Notes: generated by a model not told the origin, from the letters alone. Shown: positions 21,284 through 31,930, counted from the first letter of the whole stretch. The stretch: DNA of 63,627 bases, filler included, from an uncultured Myxococcia bacterium (GCA_964617105.1; 3 parts of 3 records of this genome joined end to end with filler, not necessarily neighbours in it); one strand, 5' to 3'. Numbers and translations: made by a program.

Positions 21284-22624
21284 ATGGAGCCAAATTTTAA
21301 GGCAGCCAAAAATCTCGGTTTTTTATCTCCTGGCACCTGGCCGCTGGTGGCTATTATCCTGTTTTTATTTGGAGTAGCACCGGCGCCGGCCAAAACTCCA
21401 GATGCCAATTTTAAAGTTAGCCGCATAATCAATGCCGGCCTCACCGAGAGAGTGCTCTATCCCACCATGGACGGAAAGGGCAAATTTTTAATCTATTACC
21501 GGGACCGGCTGCTAAAAGCGGGTGGCAGTGTAAGGTCTCTGTTTGTATATGATCGGGAACAGAAGCAGGAAAAACGGCTGTTCAAAAGCGGAGTCAAGGC
21601 TGCACCGGCCCCATTTAAAGGGGAAAAACTGATAATCAGTCAAAATCCTCCTAAAATCAGCACCAAAGGCGATAAAGTTATTTTTCCTCTCAGTCTCTCT
21701 GGAGCAAATTCACCGACTAACCATTATCTGGGCCTGGTAAACCTGGATGGCAGCGGTTTTATAGCCCTGAGTTTAAAAATTGAGGCTTTAGAGACCATAG
21801 ACTGGAAAAAACTGGGCTTTAAAGGGCCTTTTTGGGAAAGATTTTCAGCCTACGATATCAGCGCTGACGGAAAAACCATTGCCTGTGTAGTCAAGGGTGA
21901 CCTGGGACCGGGAACTTACCGGCAACCAAGCGCCATTGCCATCATAAACACTGACACCTTGAAGGTAAAATACTTTCTGGCCCCCACCTGGCAAAAAGGG
22001 GAATGGAAATATAGCCGATTGCCGATGAAAGTGCTGACCGGCGGTGGCTGGAGTTTTGACCTGGATGACCGGGGAGAGTTACTGCTATTCGGAGGAAAAC
22101 CTACCCCCAAAAAAGGGGAATATGACCTTTATTTATTAGATACCTCCAACGGAAACGTATCCCGGCTCACCGATTTTTTAGATCGTCCCTTTGCCAGAGG
22201 AAAATTGATGGCCGGAAAAAAAGTGTTCTTCTTTTATGGCGGCGCCAAAAAAGAGGGGGTGGGCACCTATTTTATCAACCCCAACAAGCCCAAATCTTTT
22301 TATTTTGGCGGAAAGGGCAGCAGAAGTTTCCTGCAAGGCTTTGGCGCCGGCGGCGAAAATCTATACTACACCAGCGGCGATAGGGGAGCAGTCTACAATC
22401 TGAAATCGGGGCTGGAGACCACTATTTTTAAGCGGGGAAATTTAATTGGAATAAATTCCAATATCCAACCATGTGAAGGTTGGCGATTTCCCTTTTATCC
22501 CTCGGGATTTACCCCGACCATAGCCACTGCAGGAGGAAGTCGTTTTTTAGCCACCGCTATCTGCGAGCAGGGGCAGACTCCCCAGTTTTTTTTAATCACC
22601 CTTGACAAGGCAGGGAAACAATAA
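21284..22624 (+). CDS. Exported hypothetical protein, probable TolB-like beta-propeller
   Basis: Signal peptide; repeated PxIS/ISADGK/DLYLLD blades; within the respiratory operon. Confidence 0.6.
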   Translation: MEPNFKAAKNLGFLSPGTWPLVAIILFLFGVAPAPAKTPDANFKVSRIINAGLTERVLYPTMDGKGKFLIYYRDRLLKAGGSVRSLFVYDREQKQEKRLFKSGVKAAPAPFKGEKLIISQNPPKISTKGDKVIFPLSLSGANSPTNHYLGLVNLDGSGFIALSLKIEALETIDWKKLGFKGPFWERFSAYDISADGKTIACVVKGDLGPGTYRQPSAIAIINTDTLKVKYFLAPTWQKGEWKYSRLPMKVLTGGGWSFDLDDRGELLLFGGKPTPKKGEYDLYLLDTSNGNVSRLTDFLDRPFARGKLMAGKKVFFFYGGAKKEGVGTYFINPNKPKSFYFGGKGSRSFLQGFGAGGENLYYTSGDRGAVYNLKSGLETTIFKRGNLIGINSNIQPCEGWRFPFYPSGFTPTIATAGGSRFLATAICEQGQTPQFFLITLDKAGKQ

Positions 22625-23190
22625 TGAGAGGTTGGCAAATCTCTAAAAAGAGTACTATAATAGTTACCCTGGCCATTTTGGTAATGGTCTTTGGCGCTGG
22701 TTTTATTGCTGTGGGACCAGCTTTGAAATATACTTTTTTCAATCCAGCGGTCTGCTTTTATTGCCATCACCAGGAAGAAAAAAACTGGCAACCGCCCAAC
22801 TTTGATCATGGACATTGCCTCAACTGCCACAATCTAAATCTTTCTATGCTGGGCTCACCTCCTCCCACCGAATTTTTGGCTGATTCTGAGGCAGTAAACC
22901 GTCATTGCCGCAATTGCCACCACCAAATAGGCCAGATCACAGAAAATACACCTCAAAATGCTGAGAAGAAAACTGCCATTAAAAGCAGCATTTTATTTTC
23001 TCATCGTATCCACTTAGTTGAAGTTGAGCAATGCACCGACTGCCATTACAATATTGCCCACGACCGGGGCGATCCGGGCACCGGGCGGCCGCCGAAAAAA
23101 CTGTGCCACCAGTGTCACATGCTGGATATCGAGAGGCCGGTAGACGATCTCTCCTGCCAGCGCTGTCACCAGGTTAGATTTATAAGATAG
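22624..23190 (+). CDS. Membrane-anchored 6-heme cytochrome c
   Basis: N-terminal TM; CFYCH, CLNCH, CRNCH, CTDCH, CHQCH, CQRCH; TAATG stop-start overlap. Confidence 0.88.
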   Translation: MRGWQISKKSTIIVTLAILVMVFGAGFIAVGPALKYTFFNPAVCFYCHHQEEKNWQPPNFDHGHCLNCHNLNLSMLGSPPPTEFLADSEAVNRHCRNCHHQIGQITENTPQNAEKKTAIKSSILFSHRIHLVEVEQCTDCHYNIAHDRGDPGTGRPPKKLCHQCHMLDIERPVDDLSCQRCHQVRFIR

Positions 23191-23231
23191 TGCCAGAAAT
23201 AATAAAACTTTGAGATAATGGATTTAATAGA

Positions 23232-24504
23232 ATGTTGAACCAAGTTGATCTGTTACTTTTGATTGTAGCCCTGTTATGCTTTTCCCATGGAGTATTCAGG
23301 AGGGTCAGGCTGTGGTCGGTTGGCGTGCCTGATATTATTCCCTCTGTTTTTGACCGGCAAATTTTCAAGCAGCGGCTAAAAAATCTGGCGGCCCAAATTT
23401 TTAGTCACAAAAAAATTCTGCAGCAACCCTATCCCGGGTTGATGCACCTGTTGATCTTCTACGGATTTTCCATCCCTTTGCTGGTGATAATTTTGGTCAA
23501 CCTGGGTATTTTTCCCCGTTTGCCAGGACCGATCTCCTCTATTCTATCGCTGCTTTTAGATATATGCGGCCTGGCCGGCTGCCTGGGAATTCTTCTGGCT
23601 ATGGCCCGCAGATACATTATCAAGCCAGATAACTTGCTGCAAAAAAGTGAAGACAACCTGATATTAGCCTTGATTTTATCTATATTGGTTTTTGGCTTTT
23701 TGGTAGAGGGCTTTAGGATCTATATCACCCTTCCGGAGATGCGCCCCCTGGCACCGGTAGGCCTGATCATAGCCAAATTTATCTCCATCTTTTCACCCTC
23801 TCAAAGTGTGGTGGCGGTGCTGCACCAAATAAGTTGGCGGCTCCATCTTTTCTCTGTGCTGTTTTTTATCGGCTATTTGCCCTATTCCAAACTATTTCAT
23901 TTGATTTCCGCGCCGCTAAATATCTTTTTTGCCGACTTAACTCCAGGTGGAGTTCTTAGCAAATACGATGATCTGGAGCAGACCATCGAAGATGGCAACA
24001 ACATCGGGGTTTCCGTTTTAAAGGAGTATCGAGACAAAGATATCATGGACTTTGACGCCTGTGTCAAGTGCGGCCGCTGCGAAGACTTCTGTCCCTGCCA
24101 TATCTCTGGTAAACCACTGAGCCCCAAGCAGGTAATTGAGGACTTTCACCAACATTTGCAGGGTTATGGCCCCAAAATTTTGGCTGCCAAAGGTGAAGAT
24201 GTGGAACTGCCCATGCTATACGATGAGGCGGTAAAAGAGGACGCTATTTGGGCTTGCACCACTTGCCTGGCCTGCCTAGAGCAATGTCCGGTTAATATCA
24301 GGGTGCCCAACAAACTGGTTGATATCCGCCGCTATCTGGTCACCATGGAGGGACAACATCCCAACGAGATGAACCTGGTATTCAAGGGGCTGGAAAACAA
24401 CTCCAATCCCTGGAACCTGGGGATGAATATGCGGGCCGACTGGGCCGAAGGGCTGGATATAAAAATATTGGGTGATACTGATGATACCCAGATAGATATA
24501 CTCT
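23232..24504 (+). CDS. NarI-like cytochrome b fused to a 4Fe-4S/HdrD-like domain (FadF/HmcEF/DsrMK-like), 3' truncated at contig end
   Basis: MHLLIFYGF, LHLFS, PYSKLFHL heme-b His motifs; CVKCGRCEDFCP, CTTCLACLEQCP; NSNPW. Confidence 0.85.
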
Positions 24505-24604
24505 NNNNNNNNNNNNNNNNNNNNNNNNNNNNNNNNNNNNNNNNNNNNTTAATTAATTAANNNNNNNNNNNNNNNNNNNNNNNNNNNNNNNNNNNNNNNN
24601 NNNN
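24505..24604. other. Artificial contig-joining spacer
   Basis: N44-TTAATTAATTAA-N44 (stops in all six frames). Confidence 0.97.
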
Positions 24605-24678
24605 ACCATTGTCAATAAGCCTTGCGATCTGGAGATTCTGCTCTATGTGATTGCAAAGTTATTCAAAGAGGATTCAAA

Positions 24679-27570
24679 GTGAAATCATCCGGTCTCTCTT
24701 TTTGGGGAAATAAAAATTGGACACTAAAGTTAATTCTCCTATGGTTAATGTTTTCTTGTCTTGGTATTTTATCCTGCCAAAATTCTTTCTCAGAGGTTTT
24801 GGTAAAGAACGGGGTTTTGGACCTGAGCCAATGGGATTTCGACCGTCAGGATTCTCTGGAGCTAAATGGGCAGTGGAAGTTCAAATGGAGAGAGGATGAT
24901 CTTCGGTTCGCCCAGCCTGATTTCCCGGATCATTCCTGGCCGTTGTTAAAAGTGCCCTCCTATTGGAATAAAGAGTTGCAAGAGGGTCACGGGTTCGGTT
25001 GGTATAGGGCCAGGGTAAGGGTGAAGCCCGGCAATTATGAACTGGGTCTATTTCTTAGTCGGATCAAGACGTCCTATCAACTATATGTTAATGGCCGTTT
25101 AAAGGCAGCAAATGGTACACCGGGAAACAGCGCTTCAACTACAGTGCCTAACTATACTCCCAGGTTAATACCATTGAAGGTGAGCGGGCCAGAGATATTG
25201 ATAGCTCTGAGAGTGGCCAACTTTCACCATAACCTGGGAGGTCTACACAAGGCGCCCAGGCTGGGTAAACTCACAACCATACAGCATCAATTGTGGCTAA
25301 ATGACCTGGCCGATTTTGCCGTGCTCGGAGTTCTGTTGGTCATGGGTCTTTACCATTTGATACTGTGGGCTGGCAGGTCCAGTTCGAAAGAGAGTCTTTG
25401 GTTTGCCCTTCTTTGCCTGGATATTTCCATAAGGCACCTGACAGTGACCTTTATGTTGCCACGCATGTTTACCCAGTCTAACTTGCTGGAGTTGAATTGG
25501 ACCCTGGACTATATGAGCATATCCGTGGGAGTAATCTGTCTTCTCATGTTTATTCATACATTATTCCCGCGCGAGGCTTCCCCAAAATGGCAAAAACTGT
25601 TTGTTGGCGCCGGGTTACTCCTCACCATCATGGTTATGTTTACCAAGACGCCTTTTTTTAGTAAGTTTCTATTCTTATTCCAAATTCTTTCTGCGGCTAC
25701 GGTAATTTTATGCTTTTGGGTGACTTGTCTGGCGGCGAAGCGGAAACGGCAGGAATCAAGGCTGGTTCTGACAGGGTTGATAATCTTTTTGCTTACAGTG
25801 GGCAATGACATCCTCTTTGCCAGTCAAATTATTGATACCGGATTTCTTTTCTCCTTTGGTCTGGTATTATTCATATTTTTTCAGGCTTCAGTTATCTCTT
25901 TGCGTTTTTCCAGGTCTTTTCAAACTGTGGAGCATCTGACCCATAACCTGCAGCAGGAGGTGGAAAAACAAACTGATGAATTAAGCCAGTCCAATCAGTG
26001 CCTGCAAGAGGAGATACACGAACGGCGACGGGCTGAAGAAGCGGTGCGGGAGAGCGAGCGGCGTCTCCATTCAATTTTTAGCAACTTGCAGGCTGGCATT
26101 ATTTTGGTTGATCCGGAAAACCGCCAGATTGTAGAAACCAATCAGGTAGCGGCAAAATTGATCGGTGCGAAGGAGGAGGAGATCAACGGCTCGCTTTATA
26201 ACCAATATTTTTCTCTCCCCGAGGGAGAGCAAAGTGAGAGTGTGCCTGACAATCAACTTATCGCTAACCAAGAGGTGATTTTACTTAATAGTAAAGGGGA
26301 AAAATTAGATATACTTAAGACGGCGGTACCTCTTTCACTGGACGGGAAGATGTATTTGCTGGAGAGTTTCATCGATATATCTCATCGTAAAGTAACCCAG
26401 GATGAATATCTGAAAGTGCAGAAACTGGAGTCTATCGGTCTTATGGCCGAGGGGATCGCCAACCAGTTCAATAACCAATTGCAGGCAATTTTGGGAAATA
26501 TTCAATACTCTAAAATGCATTTTCAGCCCGGGGAAGAACTCTTTGACGCCTTGACCGATTCTGAGCGGGCTGCTTTGATCGCCAAGGATTTGACCGGGCA
26601 GTTACTCTCTTTTGCTCGTATCAGCAAAGATAACAAAGAGAAGATTTGGCTACCTGATATTTTGGAACAAGTGTCAACCCAGGTATTAAAGGGCACTGAC
26701 TGCACCAGGTTTTTTTCTCTGGCCGATGATTTATGGCAGGTGGAGGCGGATAAAGACAAAATCAAACAAATGATAGAGATTGTGATTACCAATTCTGTGC
26801 AGGCTATGCCCCAGGGAGGTGAGATACTGATTCGGGCGGAAAACAAGATTGGCGGACAGGGAGATACTTCCAATCTGATAAGACCGGGAAACTATGTAAA
26901 GATATCTATTCAAGACCAGGGCACTGGGATTCCCGAAAAATTTATCCGGAAGATCTTTGATCCATATTTTACCACCAAGCAAAGGGGAAGCGGTTTGGGG
27001 CTGTCCATAGCATTTTCCATTGCCAGGAATTACGGAGGATATATTTTTGCAGAATCAGTGCCAAACCAGCATACTATTATTACAATTTGGTTGCTGGCCT
27101 ATGATGACAGCGTATTTATTGAGCCCCAAAAAATGGTCAAACCAAAACCGGAGAAAGCCGAGCCAGATCAACCAGATGACCTGTCTGGTATGAATGTGCG
27201 GATTCTGTTTATGGACGATGATGAGATGGTGCGCAATTTTGCCGGCCGGGTGTTGAACCGGTTTGGCTATCAGGTTGAATTGGCTAGTGACGGTGGGGAA
27301 GCAATAGAACTATACCAAAAATATTTTCAAAAGGGGGAGCCTTTTACTGTGGTTTGTCTCGATTTGACTGTGCCGGGCGGTATTGGGGGACAACAAGCAA
27401 TGGAGGAGATCCTCAAGGTGGATCCCAGCGCCATGGTGCTGGTAATGAGCGGATACAGTGATGATACGGTTATGTTGAATTACTCCAAATATGGATTCAA
27501 AGGAGTGATCCACAAACCTTTCAAAGTAGAGGATATTGAGGCCGCACTTAAGCAAGTGAGAAACCGGTAA
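24679..27570 (+). CDS. Hybrid sensor kinase-like protein: sugar-binding ectodomain, 7TM-DISM, PAS, HisKA (His replaced by Asn), HATPase, REC
   Basis: LNGQWKF/VPSYWN/GFGWYR ectodomain; 7 TM; H-box reads EGIANQFNN; FDPYFTTK..GSGLGL; REC with MDDD..LDL..KPF; GTG start after a GAGGA RBS. Confidence 0.88.
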   Translation: MKSSGLSFWGNKNWTLKLILLWLMFSCLGILSCQNSFSEVLVKNGVLDLSQWDFDRQDSLELNGQWKFKWREDDLRFAQPDFPDHSWPLLKVPSYWNKELQEGHGFGWYRARVRVKPGNYELGLFLSRIKTSYQLYVNGRLKAANGTPGNSASTTVPNYTPRLIPLKVSGPEILIALRVANFHHNLGGLHKAPRLGKLTTIQHQLWLNDLADFAVLGVLLVMGLYHLILWAGRSSSKESLWFALLCLDISIRHLTVTFMLPRMFTQSNLLELNWTLDYMSISVGVICLLMFIHTLFPREASPKWQKLFVGAGLLLTIMVMFTKTPFFSKFLFLFQILSAATVILCFWVTCLAAKRKRQESRLVLTGLIIFLLTVGNDILFASQIIDTGFLFSFGLVLFIFFQASVISLRFSRSFQTVEHLTHNLQQEVEKQTDELSQSNQCLQEEIHERRRAEEAVRESERRLHSIFSNLQAGIILVDPENRQIVETNQVAAKLIGAKEEEINGSLYNQYFSLPEGEQSESVPDNQLIANQEVILLNSKGEKLDILKTAVPLSLDGKMYLLESFIDISHRKVTQDEYLKVQKLESIGLMAEGIANQFNNQLQAILGNIQYSKMHFQPGEELFDALTDSERAALIAKDLTGQLLSFARISKDNKEKIWLPDILEQVSTQVLKGTDCTRFFSLADDLWQVEADKDKIKQMIEIVITNSVQAMPQGGEILIRAENKIGGQGDTSNLIRPGNYVKISIQDQGTGIPEKFIRKIFDPYFTTKQRGSGLGLSIAFSIARNYGGYIFAESVPNQHTIITIWLLAYDDSVFIEPQKMVKPKPEKAEPDQPDDLSGMNVRILFMDDDEMVRNFAGRVLNRFGYQVELASDGGEAIELYQKYFQKGEPFTVVCLDLTVPGGIGGQQAMEEILKVDPSAMVLVMSGYSDDTVMLNYSKYGFKGVIHKPFKVEDIEAALKQVRNR

Positions 27571-27583
27571 ACAGGTATTTTTT

Positions 27584-30127
27584 ATGAAACAGGTTTTAAA
27601 AAATATAGCATCGTCAACCTGGTGGAGCCAAAAGCCATTTAGATTAACTTTTGCAGTTATTTCTATAGTGCTGGGAACATCACTTTTTTTTCTATTTTGC
27701 CACATTGTTTCCAGTGGTGTTAAAGGGCTTGGTTGGCATCAGGATATTCTTAACTATATGGTAGGTGGAATATTGCTGATGATGTTTATCTATCACTTGT
27801 TGCTCTGGGTGGGACGGAGCGAATATAAGGCTGGTTTTTACTTTGCCTTTTGTTGTCTGGCGGTTTTGGTTTTTCATATAGGAGGCCGCAACTTTTTGGG
27901 AAAATTGCTACCCGCCTATGACCTGTTTAAGTGGAACCACAAATTGGTATTCCTATCCCTCACCCTGGGGAGCCATCTGTTTCTCGTCTTTTTCTTCTAT
28001 CTGTTTTATAAAATTCTTCCCAGGCTTTTAGTGCGTATAAGTCAAATTTACACCACTTGTCTGTGTTTGTTGGCCATATTGACGCCGGAAGATTATTTCC
28101 TTTTGTTTATTCCTATGTTTTATACCCAGTGCGCTATTACTGGGGTTATCTGTTTCTATAGTGGTCTGCGTGGTATAATCACCAAAAGAGCAGGGTCCCA
28201 TCTGGTGATTGTGGGTATATTGGTGATGATACTCAGCCTGGGAAATGATCAACTCTTTGAGATTTATCATCAGTCGTTTATATGTTTAGTTCCTTTTGGC
28301 CTGGTGGCTTTGATTTTTTCTCAGTCAGCGGTGTTGGCTATTCGTTTTTCTAACGCTTACAGCCGGGTGGATCAGACTCTGGAGTTAAGACAACACCGGG
28401 ATAATCTGGAGGAATTGGTGGGAGAGCGCACTGTCAGATTAAATGATGCCAATCGTAGTTTGCAACAGGAGTTGGCTGAAAGACTGCGGATTCAAAAAGA
28501 GTTGTCCCAAAGTGAAAAGCGTTACCTGGATCTTTTAGAAGCGATTCCAGATTTGGTTTACATGGTTGATAGCCAGGGCAACTTTGTTTATTTGAACAGT
28601 ATTATTGAGAAGGTGTTGGGTTATAATAGGGACGAATTAATAGGTCGTCATTTCAAGACTATTTTGCATCCCTATGACTATCGGAACTGCAGTTGCCAAA
28701 ACGTGTTACCCCAATACCAGGGAAAAATCACCGGTTCTTCCAATTCACCCAAATTATTTGATGAGCGCCGGACCGGAAAACGGATGACCCGGGATTTAGA
28801 AGTGAGGCTGATTTCCAAAGGGAGCCAGATTTCGGATGAAAATGATGATGTCACGTTTGGATCGGTTTTTTCTTACGGCGAGATCAAGGCGGTGGGTTTT
28901 TACCTTGGTACTGATGGGGATACAAATCAATTAGTGGGTTCAGTAGGGATAATCCGTGATACCACCGAGCGGAAAAAATATGAGAACGAATTACAAAAAT
29001 CACAAAAATTGGAAACTTTGGGGATTTTAGCCGGCGGGATTGCTCACGATTTTAATAACTATTTGCAAAGCATACTGGGCAATCTTCAGTTGGCAAAAAT
29101 GTTCAGTGATGAAGAGGAAGAGAAAGATTCTGAATTTATGCAGATTTTAGAGGATGCCATTGCGGTTTCCTTGCGGGCCAGGGATTTGACTCAACAACTG
29201 CTGGCTTTTTCAAAGAGTGGGATTCCGGTAAAGAAGAATGTCGATATCTCCAATTTGTTAAAAAAAACAGTATCTTTTTTAATTCGTGGAACCAATGTTA
29301 AATCCCGGTTTGAGGTGGATGAGAATTTAAAATGGGTCTGTATTGACGAAGGTCAAATCGATCAGGTGATTAATAATATAATTATCAACGCGCTGCAGGC
29401 AATGCCTGAGGGGGGGGAAATTATTGTTAAGGCGCAAAATTATCTGCCCCATGGTGATGAAAAGATAAAGTTGGATCAAGAAATCTATATAAAAATAGAG
29501 ATTTCAGACCAGGGATGTGGTATGCCCGAAGATCTTTTGGATAAGATATTTGATCCATTTTACACCACCAAGCAGACCGGCAGCGGTTTGGGGTTGGCCA
29601 TCTCCTACTCTATAATAAAAAAACATGAAGGCTATATTGTTATTGATTCCCAGCTGAACCAGGGAACCACTTTTACCCTCTATCTTCCCGGTATAATTGA
29701 GCAGCCAGAAGAGGTTCTACCTGGGCAGCAGGAGTCTATGGCAATCAGTAAAAGAGTGTTGATAATGGATGATGATAATATTGTACTCAAAACGGTGAAA
29801 CGGATGTTGACCAGACTGGAACACCAGGTGACCACTGCTTCTGAAGGTCAGGAGGTGGTAAATATCTACCGGCAGGCCCTGGACCAGGGCGATCCTTTTG
29901 AAGCGGTGGTACTAGATTTGATCGTGGTGGGAGGCATTGGTGGCCTGGAAACTGCCGAATTACTCCTGAAATTGGACCCCCAGGCAAAGCTTATTATTTC
30001 TAGCGGGTACAGCAACAATCCAGTGATGGTCGATTACCGCAAGTATGGATTTGTGGCCGCTATTATCAAGCCTTTTACCATGAATAACCTAAATGATGCT
30101 ATAATAGGACAACAGGACTTGATTTAA
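27584..30127 (+). CDS. Hybrid histidine kinase 7TM-DISM-PAS-HisKA-HATPase-REC without the large ectodomain
   Basis: GGIAHDFNN, FDPFYTTK..GSGLGL, C-terminal REC. Confidence 0.9.
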   Translation: MKQVLKNIASSTWWSQKPFRLTFAVISIVLGTSLFFLFCHIVSSGVKGLGWHQDILNYMVGGILLMMFIYHLLLWVGRSEYKAGFYFAFCCLAVLVFHIGGRNFLGKLLPAYDLFKWNHKLVFLSLTLGSHLFLVFFFYLFYKILPRLLVRISQIYTTCLCLLAILTPEDYFLLFIPMFYTQCAITGVICFYSGLRGIITKRAGSHLVIVGILVMILSLGNDQLFEIYHQSFICLVPFGLVALIFSQSAVLAIRFSNAYSRVDQTLELRQHRDNLEELVGERTVRLNDANRSLQQELAERLRIQKELSQSEKRYLDLLEAIPDLVYMVDSQGNFVYLNSIIEKVLGYNRDELIGRHFKTILHPYDYRNCSCQNVLPQYQGKITGSSNSPKLFDERRTGKRMTRDLEVRLISKGSQISDENDDVTFGSVFSYGEIKAVGFYLGTDGDTNQLVGSVGIIRDTTERKKYENELQKSQKLETLGILAGGIAHDFNNYLQSILGNLQLAKMFSDEEEEKDSEFMQILEDAIAVSLRARDLTQQLLAFSKSGIPVKKNVDISNLLKKTVSFLIRGTNVKSRFEVDENLKWVCIDEGQIDQVINNIIINALQAMPEGGEIIVKAQNYLPHGDEKIKLDQEIYIKIEISDQGCGMPEDLLDKIFDPFYTTKQTGSGLGLAISYSIIKKHEGYIVIDSQLNQGTTFTLYLPGIIEQPEEVLPGQQESMAISKRVLIMDDDNIVLKTVKRMLTRLEHQVTTASEGQEVVNIYRQALDQGDPFEAVVLDLIVVGGIGGLETAELLLKLDPQAKLIISSGYSNNPVMVDYRKYGFVAAIIKPFTMNNLNDAIIGQQDLI

Positions 30128-30223
30128 CTACTGATTGAGAATGTAGAGGGTTATATATTTAATTTCCGTCATTTTAATGCCGGGTAGATTTGTATCCGGA
30201 AAAGACACCATTAGGAAAAGAGA

Positions 30224-31930
30224 ATGTCAGAAAAAAAAGAGGAAAAAATATTATTGGTTGATGATCAGGAGAGTGTACGGACCATGTTGAGCAGGGTGTT
30301 GAAATACCACAATTTTGCTACGTATACCGCTGATGGTGGTAAAATGGCTCTGGAGATGATGGCCGAGGAGAGATTCGATGTGGTGGTCACCGATTATAAG
30401 ATGCCCGGAATGAACGGAATGGAGCTGATTGAAAAGATAAAGGAACTTTATCCAGAAACCGAGGTGTTGATTATGACTGCCTATGCCTCGGTGGACGGGG
30501 TAGTTAGCGCTCTTCGGGCTGGTGCTTTTGATTTTTTACTTAAGCCTTTCAACCTGGAATTGGTTTTGAGTAGTGTGCAAAGAGCCCTGCAGAAAAAAAG
30601 GTTGGAGGAGCAGTTAAAAAATTACCAGGAGAGCCTGGAAGAGATGGTGGAGCAACGCACCGCAGAGATACATAAATTGAACCAGAAATTGGAGCATAGA
30701 ATTGCCACCGAAGTAGCAAAAAGCAGGGAAAAGGATCACCTTATCCTGCGTCAATATCGTTACGCCGCTATGGGTGAAATGATGAGCAATATCGCCCACC
30801 AGTGGCGCCAACCCCTGGCTGCCCTGGGCCTCATCATAGATGATATCAAGGATGCATTCCGGTTCGGTGAGTTAGATGAACAATATATCGACCTGTGCGT
30901 TCAGAATAGCAGGCAAATAACCAGTCAACTTTCGAAAACCATAGATGAGTTTAGAACTTTTTTCAAATCTGATAGTAATCAGCACCATTTTTCTCTAAAC
31001 CAATCAATAAAAAAAGTATTATCCCTGGTGGAGAGCACGCTAGAGGATAAAGAGATCAAACTTGAACTGAATTTGTCAGAGGAGATCTCCATTTACGGTT
31101 ACCCAGGAGATTTTGAGCAGGCGTTGATGAACATTGTGGACAACTCCAGAGATGCTCTGTTGAGCAGATGGGTGTCTTTTCCCGGTATATTAATTAGTTG
31201 TCGCAAGAGCGATAAGAAGGTGTCAATTTTTGTCAGAGATAATGCCGGTGGAGTGGATGAAGAGATTGCTCACAAGATATTTGAGCCTTATTTTACCACT
31301 AAGGACCAGGGAAAAGGGATTGGGGTGGGCTTGTACATGGCCAAAACCGTAATCGAGAAGAACATGAACGGGCGCCTGGATTTTTGTAATACGGAAGAGG
31401 GAGCCGAATTCAGGATAGATTTGCCCTTTTCTGTTCTGACCAGCACTTTGGACAAGGCTGAAAACAAATATAAATTGCGGGATGATTTAACCGGTTTACT
31501 AAGTTCGCAGGGATTTTTCAATATCTGTACCAAACAGTTGGAGATAGTTGAGCAATTAGAGGGAAAGCCGCTCCTAATGGTGATGCGCTTGGATAATGTT
31601 GCAAGCAAGGAAACCATGGAGTTGGCTGAATTGGAAAAACTGGCAATATGTGAAGCATCAAAAATATTTAAGGAATGTTTGCGGCGCACCGATTTTATAG
31701 CCAGGCTGGATGGCTTCAGATTTGCGGCCTTAATCGCAGAACCTTTAGCCTGCGGGGACGAGATTATTACTCATCGGATGGAAGCCAGGCTAAAGGATTT
31801 ACAGGAAGACCAAACTAATAGATGTAAGTTTGATTTAAAACTTGGTTTTATCCATTATGATCCAGTTCAGCCCAGCAGTGTCAGCAACATGATCACCATA
31901 GTTGAAGATAGATGGAATACTACAAAATAA
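30224..31930 (+). CDS. REC-histidine kinase with a degenerate C-terminal GGDEF domain
   Basis: LVDD..TDYKMPGM..KPF; IAHQWRQPL; FEPYFTTK; DDLTGL..RRTDFIARLDGFRF. Confidence 0.85.
   Translation: MSEKKEEKILLVDDQESVRTMLSRVLKYHNFATYTADGGKMALEMMAEERFDVVVTDYKMPGMNGMELIEKIKELYPETEVLIMTAYASVDGVVSALRAGAFDFLLKPFNLELVLSSVQRALQKKRLEEQLKNYQESLEEMVEQRTAEIHKLNQKLEHRIATEVAKSREKDHLILRQYRYAAMGEMMSNIAHQWRQPLAALGLIIDDIKDAFRFGELDEQYIDLCVQNSRQITSQLSKTIDEFRTFFKSDSNQHHFSLNQSIKKVLSLVESTLEDKEIKLELNLSEEISIYGYPGDFEQALMNIVDNSRDALLSRWVSFPGILISCRKSDKKVSIFVRDNAGGVDEEIAHKIFEPYFTTKDQGKGIGVGLYMAKTVIEKNMNGRLDFCNTEEGAEFRIDLPFSVLTSTLDKAENKYKLRDDLTGLLSSQGFFNICTKQLEIVEQLEGKPLLMVMRLDNVASKETMELAELEKLAICEASKIFKECLRRTDFIARLDGFRFAALIAEPLACGDEIITHRMEARLKDLQEDQTNRCKFDLKLGFIHYDPVQPSSVSNMITIVEDRWNTTK

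Noticed and set aside
24549-24560. TTAATTAATTAA palindrome (also at 49025-49036) as a biological site
   Set aside because: Centred in N runs of identical length; a standard six-frame-stop linker
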